From: a bacterium | GTDB taxonomy: Bacteria > UBA8248 | Assembly (NCBI GenBank): GCA_965221165.1 | Contig: CBDCRP010000003.1 | Location: forward strand, 704,001-768,000 | Length of the DNA: 64,000 bases | Reading direction: 5' to 3' | In this document: one piece after another, positions 11,130 through 20,084 of the stretch | How the letters are laid out: every line of letters starts with the position of its first letter | How positions within the stretch are numbered: the first letter of the stretch is position 1 | Notes under the pieces: model-generated | What the model saw: the letters and a program-made list of their open reading frames with translations, nothing else | The model's database searches: none | Told to the model about the DNA's origin: nothing | Made by a program: the position numbers and the translations under genes

Positions 11130-11447
11130 ATGGCCGTCACCGCAATCGTCCGCTTCACGCTTCCCGAGGGGAAGACCCACGAGGAGATGGCCGCGGCCTT
11201 CGAGAGGTCGGCTCCTCTCTACCGCGACGTGCCGGGGCTGGTGCGCAAATACTACCTGGTGTCGGACGACGTGCGCACCGGCGGCGGGGTCTATCTGTTC
11301 GAGTCGCGCGCCGACGCCGAGCGCCTCTACGACGACGCCTGGCGCGCCGGGCTGCGCGAGCGCCTCGGAGTCGAGCCTACGATCGAATACTTCGAATCGC
11401 CCGTCATCGTCGACAACGAGGTCGGGGCGATCTCGACCGCGTCCTAG
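11130..11447 (+). CDS. YdhR-like putative monooxygenase, copy 2
   Basis: Closely similar tandem paralogue of the preceding gene. Confidence 0.8.
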   Translation: MAVTAIVRFTLPEGKTHEEMAAAFERSAPLYRDVPGLVRKYYLVSDDVRTGGGVYLFESRADAERLYDDAWRAGLRERLGVEPTIEYFESPVIVDNEVGAISTAS

Positions 11448-11552
11448 TTCGCGCGGAGGTTCTCTCCCTTTCGAGGATGTCTCCCGGGCGACTCGATGTA
11501 TCCGCTCGTTCGTGTCCAGCAGGACGGAATAGTTGAAAAGGCGGGGGGCCAT

Positions 11553-12173
11553 ATGTTCCGGGCCAACGCGCTGACGCTCTGCATCGTCTTCCTGGTATTG
11601 GGCGTAGGCGGAAGAATCGCGCTTCAGTATGGACTCACCGGCGACCACGGCATACGCCCGGTGCGGCGGAGCGCTTCCAAAACAGCCAAGTGCGCATGCG
11701 TTCTTCTGATTACATCGTTTATTGGGACGCTCGTTATTTCTCTGCTCGAAGCTACAGGAACGATTCGGCCGCAAATCCATCTCGGCGCGTCCGGGAACCT
11801 CATCGGCGCGGCAGCCTCTCTGGCCGGCATCACCACCATGATAATAGCTCAATGGCAAATGGGGACAGCATGGAGATTCGGCGTCGATGAAACCGAGCAA
11901 ACCGATCTGGTGACGAGGGGCTTGTACTCTCTCGTCAGAAACCCGATCTACAGCGGCGTGTTCCTGTTCGGCATCAGCTTGCTGGTATTGCTCCCACACG
12001 TATATATGCTGTTTTTTCTGATCCTGGCTTATCTGAGCATCGAGTTGCAGGTCCGCTTCGTGGAAGAGCCGCATCTTCATCGTCTACACGGCGCGGCTTA
12101 CGAAAAATACGCCAATCAAGCCGGTCGCTATTTTCCAAGATTTGTTACCGGCTCCGGATTATCGGGGAAATGA
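11553..12173 (+). CDS. Isoprenylcysteine carboxylmethyltransferase family membrane protein
   Basis: LVTRGLYSLVRNPIYSG, EE..L...HG..Y..Y, hydrophobic helices. Confidence 0.85.
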   Translation: MFRANALTLCIVFLVLGVGGRIALQYGLTGDHGIRPVRRSASKTAKCACVLLITSFIGTLVISLLEATGTIRPQIHLGASGNLIGAAASLAGITTMIIAQWQMGTAWRFGVDETEQTDLVTRGLYSLVRNPIYSGVFLFGISLLVLLPHVYMLFFLILAYLSIELQVRFVEEPHLHRLHGAAYEKYANQAGRYFPRFVTGSGLSGK

Positions 12174-12218
12174 CACACGCTCCCGGTTGAGGCGGGCATA
12201 CAGGGAACCGCGCTCGGC

Positions 12219-13034
12219 TCAGCCTACGAGCGCCTCCAGACGCGCGCGGATTTCTTCGGGGAGAGCGTCGCCGCCGGATGCCGCCGCGTTCTCGCTCATG
12301 CGGCCCGTCCTGCCGGTGGCGGGAATGATGGAGGAGACGCTCTCGTCCGCAAGAAGGTATTTCAATAGCGCCTGCCCCGGCGTTCCGTCATGGTGGGCCT
12401 TCAACTCCGGCATACGGGCGATGCTGCCTCCCGGGCCGAGCAGGCCACACTTTAAGTGACTGAAAGGCCGCATGACGATCACGCCCAAGTCCATCTCCCG
12501 GGCCAAAGGCAGAACCTCCTCGCGGCACTTCACCTCGCCCAGATAGTAGGGTATCTGGATAGTGTCGTATGCGCCCGTCTTCATGGCTTCGATGAGTTCG
12601 GGGAAATTCTCCGGCCTTCTGTCGGTGATGCCGAAATGCAGGATTCTCCCCTCTTTTTGAAACGCCTGCATGGCGGGCGTCACCTCGCGCCAGCCCGCCA
12701 TGTTGTGAATCTGCAACAGATCTATCACGTCCGTGCGGAGCCGTTTGAAGGAGCGCTCGATGCTCGCGCGGGCCGCAGAAGCGCTCGACTCCCACACCTT
12801 GGTCGCCAGAACGATTTTATCCCTGCTCCCGGCCAGAGCTTCGCCCAGCACCCGCTCCGATTCCCCGTATATGGGCGCGGTGTCGAAAAAATTGATCCCG
12901 CACGCCAGGCATTCGCGAACGATCTCGACGCACCGGGCGGGGTCGCTGCTCGCCATGTGCATGAAATTATGGGAAGTGCCCAGGCCAATCTCGCTCACGT
13001 GCAGCCCGGTCCTGCCGATACGGCGATGGTTCAT
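12219..13034 (-). CDS. Aldo/keto reductase
   Basis: VSEIGLGT, FFDTAPIYG, LATK, IDLLQIH. Confidence 0.9.
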   Translation of the reverse strand: MNHRRIGRTGLHVSEIGLGTSHNFMHMASSDPARCVEIVRECLACGINFFDTAPIYGESERVLGEALAGSRDKIVLATKVWESSASAARASIERSFKRLRTDVIDLLQIHNMAGWREVTPAMQAFQKEGRILHFGITDRRPENFPELIEAMKTGAYDTIQIPYYLGEVKCREEVLPLAREMDLGVIVMRPFSHLKCGLLGPGGSIARMPELKAHHDGTPGQALLKYLLADESVSSIIPATGRTGRMSENAAASGGDALPEEIRARLEALVG

Positions 13035-13070
13035 GGTCTTATTCCTGGTGATGAGTCAGACGTTCCCCCA

Positions 13071-13754
13071 TCATCCCGTCGCTCTCGTAAGAATCTCGCG
13101 GTAACCCTGGTACACCGCCTCCCCGTAGGCGGGCGGGGCGTGCACTTCGGTGAGCTTTCCGCCTTCTATCGTCTTATCCGACGCGTATGGGTTGAAGACG
13201 GCCTCTCCATCCGGGAAGATGAGGGTGGGACTCGTCATCGGCAGACCCTCCTCGTCCCTTAAGCGCATGGCTTCCCTGTAATCGTCCATTACCCCTTCTT
13301 CAAATACGCCCGATTCCAGGTCCGCGCCCACCCTGGAGCCATCGAGACCCGCCTCTTCTGCGATCTCGCAAAGAACCGAAACCTCATCCACGCGTCTGCC
13401 CTCATAAAAAAAACCGCGCCTGAGCTTCAAATCATAGACGCGCGCCTTTACCGGGTCTTGCGCGTATGCGCTCGCGTAGGCCTGAAAGGCAAGCATCGTG
13501 GTTCTCAGGTATTCTTCGTGCGGCCAGCTTCGACACGGCGAGAGCGGCTCCTGAACCGCCACCAGGGGCCATTCCTGATCCACGATGTAGCGAGGCGCAG
13601 GCCGGTCGTTGATGACTTCCAGCGGGAACGCGCGCCACTTGAGATGCAGTTTGCCCTCGAAATCCGGCATCACCCTGTCCAGCCGCGCCGCGGCCAGGTA
13701 TGCCCAGGGTCAATGGTATTCATGAAAAATCTCGACAACCGCCATGTTCGTCAT
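13071..13754 (-). CDS. DsbA/FrnE-like thioredoxin-fold selenoprotein (in-frame TGA at 13712-13710, U-P-W-A)
   Basis: Extending the track ORF 13071..13673 upstream in frame gives MTNMAVVEIFHEYH-TGA-PWAYLAAARL, matching the DsbA/FrnE D..CPWCY site. A hairpin follows the TGA, and a cis-Pro-like TSPT lies near the C-terminus. Confidence 0.8.
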
Positions 13755-13933
13755 CACATGCCCTCACTGAAAATAAGAATGCCCTATGAGCGAAAACAAC
13801 GAAGTGAAGCGTCCCCTCTCCCCGATGATGTACACCCCGGGTTCATCGAGGGCAAGTTGTTGCTCCACCCCGACCCCTCATACACCGGATACGAGGTATG
13901 GTATCATCCGGAAAAATGGAGGAGACCGCTGGA

Positions 13934-14350
13934 ATGAACCCTGAGAACGAAACGATCGCCTGCATTCTGTCTGCCGCCGAGACCATCGCCGTGGTGGGTC
14001 TTTCGGACGATCCCTCGCGCGCGAGCCACCGAATCGCCGCCTATCTCAAGGAAGCGGGCTACCGGGTCATTCCGGTAAACCCCAGAATCGAATCCGCCTT
14101 GGGAGAAAAAGCCTATCCGCGTCTGGGAGACGTCCAAGAGCACATAGACATCGTCAACGCCTTCAGGCGCTCCGAGCAAATCCCCTCCCTGGTGGATGAG
14201 GCTATCCAAAACCGCCCGCGCGCGTTCTGGATGCAAAGGGGCATCGCCCATCCCGCCTCCGCGCGCCGCCTGGAGGATGCGGGCATCACGGCGATTCAAG
14301 ACCTCTGCATCAAGACCGTCCACCGGGAACTCGCGCAAACCCCTCGATGA
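13934..14350 (+). CDS. CoA-binding protein (YccU-like)
   Basis: TIAVVGLSDDPSRAS, VIPVNP, IDIVNAFR, WMQRGI. Confidence 0.9.
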   Translation: MNPENETIACILSAAETIAVVGLSDDPSRASHRIAAYLKEAGYRVIPVNPRIESALGEKAYPRLGDVQEHIDIVNAFRRSEQIPSLVDEAIQNRPRAFWMQRGIAHPASARRLEDAGITAIQDLCIKTVHRELAQTPR

Positions 14351-14360
14351 GAACGGGCCG

Positions 14361-15194
14361 CTGGCATTCTCCCAAAAACTCCATCGCTACCTGCTCCTCG
14401 GCGCAGGTGTGCTGATAGTTATGGGGATCTTTGGCCTTTTGGAGAATTTCCTGCTCTATCATCCCTACCGGGAAATCGAGCAAACGCCCAAAACCTACGG
14501 CGTCGCTTACGAGAACGTCTCCTTCAGCGCCGCAGACGGCGTGCGCCTGCACGGCTGGTACGTCGCGCCGAAGACCCCGGACGGCCCGGTTCTCCTGTGG
14601 GCGCACGGCAACGCCGGCAACCTCTCCCACCGCGCGGAGAACATCGCGCTCATTCAAGTGCAGTTGGGGGCCGGCGTCTTCATCTTCGACTACCGGGGGT
14701 ACGGGAAAAGCGAGGGCAGGCCGAGCGAGGAGGGTCTCTACGCAGACGGCAGGGCCGCTTACGCCTGGCTCGTGAAACGCATACCTCACGAGCGCGTTTT
14801 TCTGTTCGGGCGCTCCCTGGGCGCGGCCGTGATGGTCAAGCTCGCCGTGGAGGGAAAAAAAGCGCGCGGCCTCATACTGGAGAGCCCCTTCGAGAGCACC
14901 CTCGCCATGGGGAAGAAGATGTTTCCCTTCCTGCCGGTGGGCTGGTTCATCTCCGCAAAATTCGACAGCGCGGCCATGCTCCCGGAAGTGGAGATGCCCT
15001 TGCTCGTTCTGCACGGCGATGTGGACGGCATAGTGCCCCACGCGCAGGGAAGGCGGCTCTACGAGGCGGCGCGCACGCCTTATAAACGCTTTTTCACCAT
15101 CAAGGGCGCGGGCCACAACGACACGTATTTCACGGGGGGCGCCGCCTACTGGGCGGCATGGCGGGATTTTCTGAAAGATCCTGAATCAAGATGA
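14361..15194 (+). CDS. Alpha/beta hydrolase (BEM46/ABHD13-like); start uncertain
   Basis: HGNAGN, DYRGYGKSEG, GRSLG, HGDVDGIVP, GAGHND. Confidence 0.85.
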   Translation: MAFSQKLHRYLLLGAGVLIVMGIFGLLENFLLYHPYREIEQTPKTYGVAYENVSFSAADGVRLHGWYVAPKTPDGPVLLWAHGNAGNLSHRAENIALIQVQLGAGVFIFDYRGYGKSEGRPSEEGLYADGRAAYAWLVKRIPHERVFLFGRSLGAAVMVKLAVEGKKARGLILESPFESTLAMGKKMFPFLPVGWFISAKFDSAAMLPEVEMPLLVLHGDVDGIVPHAQGRRLYEAARTPYKRFFTIKGAGHNDTYFTGGAAYWAAWRDFLKDPESR

Positions 15195-15992
15195 ACCGGA
15201 AGTCGGCTCCCTTCTCCTGCCCCGGCGTCTCGCGCGAAACTCCCGCAGCAGCCTCTCATGGTGTACGCTCGTGAAGAAACTCTCGACGAATGCGTTCACC
15301 GGGCGGTTGATGAGGTTCTCCGGCGTATCGACCTGAACAATTACGCCATCGCGCATCACGGCGATCCTGTCTGCGATTTGAAACGCATCCGTCAAATCAT
15401 GCGTCACCAGCAGGCTGATCGCCCCGATCTCATCATGCACCCTTCTCAACTCTTTGCGGACCTCGAGCCTGGCGACCGGATCGATATTCGCCAAAGGCTC
15501 ATCGAGAAGAAAAACGCGAGGCGGTATCGCGATGGCGCGGCCAATCGCGACTTTCTGCTGCTGGCCCGCGCTCAGGCTGTCCGGGCGGCGGCGGGACCAT
15601 TTTTTACTGATCCCCAGACGCCGCATCACATCCTGCGCTCGCTCGTTCAGGATGCCCGGCAGCCATCGGCGGATTTTGAGCGCGAAACTCAGGTTCGAGT
15701 ATTTTTTTTCATCGAAAACCTTCATGTGCGGCCACAGCGCGTAGCTCTGGAACACGAGTTGCACCCCGCGCCGGCCGGGCGGGATGCCGTTCAGTCGCAC
15801 GCCGTCCAAGTAGATATGGCCCGCATCCTCATCCTCCACGCCGGCTATCAAGCGCAACAGGGTCGATTTCCCGCAACCCGTGGGCCCGACGAGCACCATG
15901 AATTCCCCCTCTTCGAGCGCAAGGGAAAGATTATCGACCGCGCACACGTCGTCAAAATCTTTTTTGAGTCCCGTAATCGTCAGACGGCTCAT
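15186..15992 (-). CDS. ABC transporter ATP-binding protein (MalK-like)
   Basis: GPTGCGKST, VFQSYALWPH, LSAGQQQ, LLDEP, VTHD. Confidence 0.9.
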   Translation of the reverse strand: MSRLTITGLKKDFDDVCAVDNLSLALEEGEFMVLVGPTGCGKSTLLRLIAGVEDEDAGHIYLDGVRLNGIPPGRRGVQLVFQSYALWPHMKVFDEKKYSNLSFALKIRRWLPGILNERAQDVMRRLGISKKWSRRRPDSLSAGQQQKVAIGRAIAIPPRVFLLDEPLANIDPVARLEVRKELRRVHDEIGAISLLVTHDLTDAFQIADRIAVMRDGVIVQVDTPENLINRPVNAFVESFFTSVHHERLLREFRARRRGRRREPTSGSS

Positions 15993-16009
15993 GCTTCTCT
16001 CCGGCCCGT

Positions 16010-16366
16010 TCATTCCCCAGGCGCTAGTTCGTTCAGCGCCTCCATACCCGGCGTGAATATCTCCTCCAGAACGAGCGGCCCATCGCCCGCGTTGCTTGTG
16101 GCGTGCTCCTGGTTGGGCGGAAAAACCACGACGCCGCCCGGCCCGAGCACCACCTCCCGTCCGGCGCACCCGAACCTCGCGCGTCCTTCGAGAACAATCG
16201 TCATCTGCTCGTTGGGATGCGAATGGGGGTTGTATATGTCCACACCGGCGCGAATCGTCTGGCGAAGCACGGTAAGCTTCTCACCCGCCACCACGCGCTG
16301 AATCCTCTCTCCGGTATCGTGCGCTTCCATCTCCTCGAAATGGTAGTATTTCACTCTCTTCTCCAT
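16010..16366 (-). CDS. Cupin domain protein
   Basis: HSHPNEQ...EG...PPNQEH, EIFTP. Confidence 0.85.
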   Translation of the reverse strand: MEKRVKYYHFEEMEAHDTGERIQRVVAGEKLTVLRQTIRAGVDIYNPHSHPNEQMTIVLEGRARFGCAGREVVLGPGGVVVFPPNQEHATSNAGDGPLVLEEIFTPGMEALNELAPGE

Positions 16367-16500
16367 CTGAATGGATGAAACTTTACAGAAAAATTAAGTT
16401 CGGGCCGGAGAACCAACCGATTCATCGTATAGAAGTATTTGCATCCGCTCAATCGTTCTCCTAAAGTGTTTGCAGGCCGCTTAACCGTATGGAGACCGTC

Positions 16501-17022
16501 ATGAAGCGAACCCCTATTTACATCGCCGCCATCGTCTTTCTCGCCGTGTTCTGGACGTTTTATCAGGCAGGCGCATCGGGGCTCGGACCCGGCGCGCGCG
16601 CGCCCGAGCTCAAAGGCGGGCCCTGGCTGGGCGGCGAACCACTGAAACTCTCGGAATTACGCGGCAAGGTCGTGTTGCTCGACATGTGGACGTTCGCCTG
16701 AATCAATTGCGTGCGGGAGATCCCCACGCTGCGCTCGTGGCACGAGCGATATGAGGACAAGGGGCTGGTCGTCATCGGAAACCACGCGCCCGAGTTCAAC
16801 TTTGACAAGAAAAAAGCGAACGTGGAAGAAGCCATGGCCAAGCTCGGCATCAAATACCGCGTCGTGATGGATAATGAATTCACCAACTGGGACGCCTTTC
16901 AAAATCGCTTCTGGCCGACAAAATACCTGATCGACAAAAAAGGCGTCGTGCGCTTCAAGACGATTGGAGAGGGCAACCACGCGCGCACCGAGGCGATGAT
17001 CATGAAACTGCTCGCCGAATGA
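16501..17022 (+). CDS. Exported TlpA/redoxin-family selenoprotein (in-frame TGA 16699-16701, U-I-N-C)
   Basis: Track ORFs 16489..16701 and 16711..17022 are in one frame and join as LRGKVVLLDMWTFA-TGA-INCVREIP...HAPEF...WPTKYLIDKKG. N-terminal hydrophobic signal/anchor. Hairpin at 16709-16729. Confidence 0.88.
16709..16729 (+). promoter_or_regulatory. Candidate bacterial SECIS hairpin
   Basis: GCGTG-C-GGG-AGAT-CCC-CACGC stem-loop beginning 7 nt after the UGA. Confidence 0.6.
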
Positions 17023-18008
17023 TGGAAACCGAAGAAACGGCGCAACCGGCGAGCACCCCCGCCTATCCCTACTCGTCTCTCTTAAGGATCACCCACTGGC
17101 TGAACGTCCCCCTCCTGCTCCTCATGATGGCGAGCGGGTTTCAGATATGGTGGGCATACCCCGCGTTCGGGCCGGACAGGCCCAACCCGGAGGCCATCTT
17201 CGAATCACTGCGGGGCACGGAGGTACAGGCCGACCCGCGCGCCATCAACCTGGGCGCCGACTACAGGGTTTTCGTCCAAGGCCTCACGAAAACCTTCGGC
17301 ATCGGGGAATGGCTCGCGGGCGCGCTGCGCTGGCACTTCGCTCTCATGTGGCCCTACACCATCAACGGGCTGATTTTCCTTCTTCTCCTGCTCTTGACGG
17401 AGGAAGGGAGGCACTACCGAATAAGGCAGGGAGATTTCTCCGGCGCGAAGGAGATGCTCTTACACCCCATCAAAACCTTTCACCATCCTCCCGGAGAGGG
17501 AAAATTCAACCCGATACAAAAACTCGCGTACAACACCGTCATACTGGCCGGGGTGATGTCCGTCCTCACGGGTCTCGCCATCCTCAAACCCGTCCAGTTC
17601 AAGTGGCTGACCCGGCTTTTCGGGGGCTATCAGCCGAGCAGATTCCTGCATTTTCTCGTCATGTTGTTTCTCGTCATTTTCATGATCGGCCATTTTCTCA
17701 TGGTGATATCCCACGGATGGCGGCGAGGGCTTGCACCCATGATCGTCGGAATCAAGGCGGAGCGCGACGCTTTTCAGGCCAGACAAAGGCAATTCGCCAA
17801 AAATCTCGGCCGCGTAGCCGCCGAGGGAGCGATTCTGCTGGTTTCCTTTTGGCTCGGAACCCTCATCGCGGATATGATGAACGCAGCCTTGGGCGGCGAG
17901 GCATCGGGCGCGTGGTTCGGCGCGCTCGGCTACCTCTTCGTGCGGGCGGGCCTCATGCGAGGGGGGCGCATCGAAGGCTTTCGCTGGAAGCGAAGCCTCG
18001 GGAGTTGA
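17019..18008 (+). CDS. Cytochrome b/b6 domain protein (YdhU/PhsC-like, MsrQ analogue)
   Basis: RITHWLN, WHF, KFNPIQKLAY, SRFLHF...GH heme-ligand histidines. ATGA overlap with the upstream stop. Confidence 0.85.
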   Translation: MMETEETAQPASTPAYPYSSLLRITHWLNVPLLLLMMASGFQIWWAYPAFGPDRPNPEAIFESLRGTEVQADPRAINLGADYRVFVQGLTKTFGIGEWLAGALRWHFALMWPYTINGLIFLLLLLLTEEGRHYRIRQGDFSGAKEMLLHPIKTFHHPPGEGKFNPIQKLAYNTVILAGVMSVLTGLAILKPVQFKWLTRLFGGYQPSRFLHFLVMLFLVIFMIGHFLMVISHGWRRGLAPMIVGIKAERDAFQARQRQFAKNLGRVAAEGAILLVSFWLGTLIADMMNAALGGEASGAWFGALGYLFVRAGLMRGGRIEGFRWKRSLGS

Positions 18009-18012
18009 GCGA

Positions 18013-18303
18013 ATGAGCACGGAAGAACAAATGGAATTCATACTGCCGACCAAACTGGCGAAGCGTAGGCTTTTCGTGGGCAGGCTGGTTTTGAGCGTCG
18101 TTTGCATCAACGCGCTTCTCTCTCTCCTCGCCGCATATCTGCTGAGCGGGCCGATGACCTGGCTAACGCGGTTTGAGTTCGGGTTCCTGGCCTGGGCCTC
18201 CATCTTATTCCCGACTTCTCTCGTTCTGGCGGTCCCGATAATGGCGCCCATCATCATTAAAATACTGAAATCCCCGCCTGCGTCCTCTGAAGAGAGAAGA
18301 TGA
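18013..18303 (+). CDS. Small two-helix membrane protein
   Basis: Two hydrophobic segments. Fills the operon gap with an ATGA overlap. Confidence 0.6.
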   Translation: MSTEEQMEFILPTKLAKRRLFVGRLVLSVVCINALLSLLAAYLLSGPMTWLTRFEFGFLAWASILFPTSLVLAVPIMAPIIIKILKSPPASSEERR

Positions 18304-19112
18304 AAAAAGGCGAAAAGCGAAACCCAGGCGTTGGCGTGGACAAGTCTTCATCGTCCCGGCGCGGATTCATGAAAATGCTCCTTGGCCTCGCCTCCGTATT
18401 CATGGCCGGGTGTTCCCGCCTGAACGAAGAGCCCAAGGTGCAGGCCGTCCTCAGTTGGTTCGATCGCCTGAACCACAAGGTGGGCCTCATGACGGACAGC
18501 AACCACCGACTGGCGCGCACCTACCCCAGAAGCGCCGTTCAGCCCGAACAAATGCGGCCCAACGGCTCGGTGGTCTCGCCGAACTCCCAGCTCATCCAGA
18601 CGCCCCCCGAGAAGTGGCGCCTCGTCGTGGGGGAAGCCCATCTGCAAAAGGGCCGGATGATGAAAAGACACTGGGCCAGGGAATACACGCTTGCGCAGCT
18701 TCGCGAGATGCCCGTTCTCGAGCAGACGGTGGAGCACGTTTGCGTCGAGGGCTGGAGCGCCATCTGCCACTGGCAGGGAGTGCACCTCGCGCGCTTCATC
18801 GAGATGCACAAGCTCAGGCCCGAGAGCCGCTACGTGTTCTTCCTGTGCGACGACATGCTCGCCACCGCGAACGGGCACGAGCGCTACAGCGTGACGTTCG
18901 ACTTAAAGCAGGCGATGCACCCGCAGAACGTGCTGGCGTATGAATACAACGGCGAGACGCTGCCCGTGAACCACGGCGCTCCCATCCGCCTCGCCTCGCC
19001 CGCGAACGTGGGCTGGAAGAGCGCGAAATTCCTGCGCTACGTCTTTTTCACGAACGAGGACCTGGGCGGATTATGGGAGAAGCAGGGGTATCCGCGCTAT
19101 TATGGATTCTGA
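18300..19112 (+). CDS. Molybdopterin-dependent oxidoreductase, sulfite oxidase/MsrP family, with Tat lipoprotein signal
   Basis: SRRGFMK twin-arginine motif, MAGC lipobox, HVCVEGWS (Mo-ligand Cys), HGAPIRL, GWKSAK. Confidence 0.9.
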   Translation: MKKGEKRNPGVGVDKSSSSRRGFMKMLLGLASVFMAGCSRLNEEPKVQAVLSWFDRLNHKVGLMTDSNHRLARTYPRSAVQPEQMRPNGSVVSPNSQLIQTPPEKWRLVVGEAHLQKGRMMKRHWAREYTLAQLREMPVLEQTVEHVCVEGWSAICHWQGVHLARFIEMHKLRPESRYVFFLCDDMLATANGHERYSVTFDLKQAMHPQNVLAYEYNGETLPVNHGAPIRLASPANVGWKSAKFLRYVFFTNEDLGGLWEKQGYPRYYGF

Positions 19113-19126
19113 TGCCCCCGAAAGTC

Positions 19127-19156
19127 TTGACAAGCCCCCGCCCGCCTACATATAAA
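19127..19156 (+). promoter_or_regulatory. Sigma70-like promoter upstream of the tRNA
   Basis: TTGACA-N18-TATAAA. Confidence 0.5.
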
Positions 19157-19221
19157 CCCCTTACGCTTGGGAGCCGGCGCCGATTCCGGTAGAATGCCGA
19201 CTCAAGCGGAACGCCTCTCGA

Positions 19222-19296
19222 TCCGGCGTAGCTCAACGGCAGAGCAATCGGCTGTTAACCGATGGGTTGTAGGTTCGAATCCTACCGCCGGAGCCA
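19222..19296 (+). tRNA. tRNA-Asn (GTT)
   Basis: TCCGGCG acceptor, AGCTCAACGGCAGAGC D-arm, CTGTTAA anticodon loop, GTTCGAATC T-loop, encoded CCA. Confidence 0.97.
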
Positions 19297-19425
19297 GGAA
19301 ATACTATAAGTATTTGATTTTATTATCCTTAATAAATAGAAAGAAATGTCCGACCCACCATTCGGCCCACGAAGAATTACTGAATAATGGGCATCCGGCA
19401 CCAGTGAAAAGACGGAGAAGTGCAA

Positions 19426-20058
19426 ATGAGTGTGTTTCAGGCCAATTGTCCGTACTGCGGGACAAAAGCCGTTGCATTTAAGATCGTTACAAGCCGACGA
19501 GTGCAATCGAGGACAAATAATCGGTGGGACTCTCTCGCGACTTGTGGATTCTGCACCCGCGGGATACTCGCGACCTTCGAGACGCTACAAACCAATACCA
19601 TTCCAGAAAAACTACTGGATTCAAACAGGGATAACGAAGTGGAGCTAAAGACGATTTCTCCATCGCCGCCAAGTACGGGAGCCCCAGCAGACACGCCTCC
19701 CAGGGCTGCGAACTACTACAGGCAAGGAATGGAAAACCTACGAAACAACTACGACGCCCCCGGCAGCATGTTTAGGTCAGCACTAGAGGCCGGCCTAAAA
19801 GAGAAATTTCCGGACATCGACGGCTCGTTGTACGAACGGATCGAGAAAGCGGCGAACCAACAAGGTTTGACTCCTGACTTGGCTGATTGGGCACATCGGA
19901 TTCGGCTCGATGGCAACGACGCGGTACATGGCGACGAGGAATTCTTGAAGGAGGATGCGGAGCGTCTTCACGCCTTCACCGAACTGGTCTTTCTATATCT
20001 GTTCACCTTGCCCGGGATGTTGGAGAAGGCCCGGGACGAACAGACGGATGGCGGCTGA
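19426..20058 (+). CDS. DUF4145 (HEPN-like) protein with N-terminal Zn ribbon
   Basis: CPYC...CGFC, MFRSALE, LYERIE, RLDGNDAVH. Confidence 0.8.
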   Translation: MSVFQANCPYCGTKAVAFKIVTSRRVQSRTNNRWDSLATCGFCTRGILATFETLQTNTIPEKLLDSNRDNEVELKTISPSPPSTGAPADTPPRAANYYRQGMENLRNNYDAPGSMFRSALEAGLKEKFPDIDGSLYERIEKAANQQGLTPDLADWAHRIRLDGNDAVHGDEEFLKEDAERLHAFTELVFLYLFTLPGMLEKARDEQTDGG

Positions 20059-20084
20059 TCTGACGCAGCGCCTTGCGATTCCCC

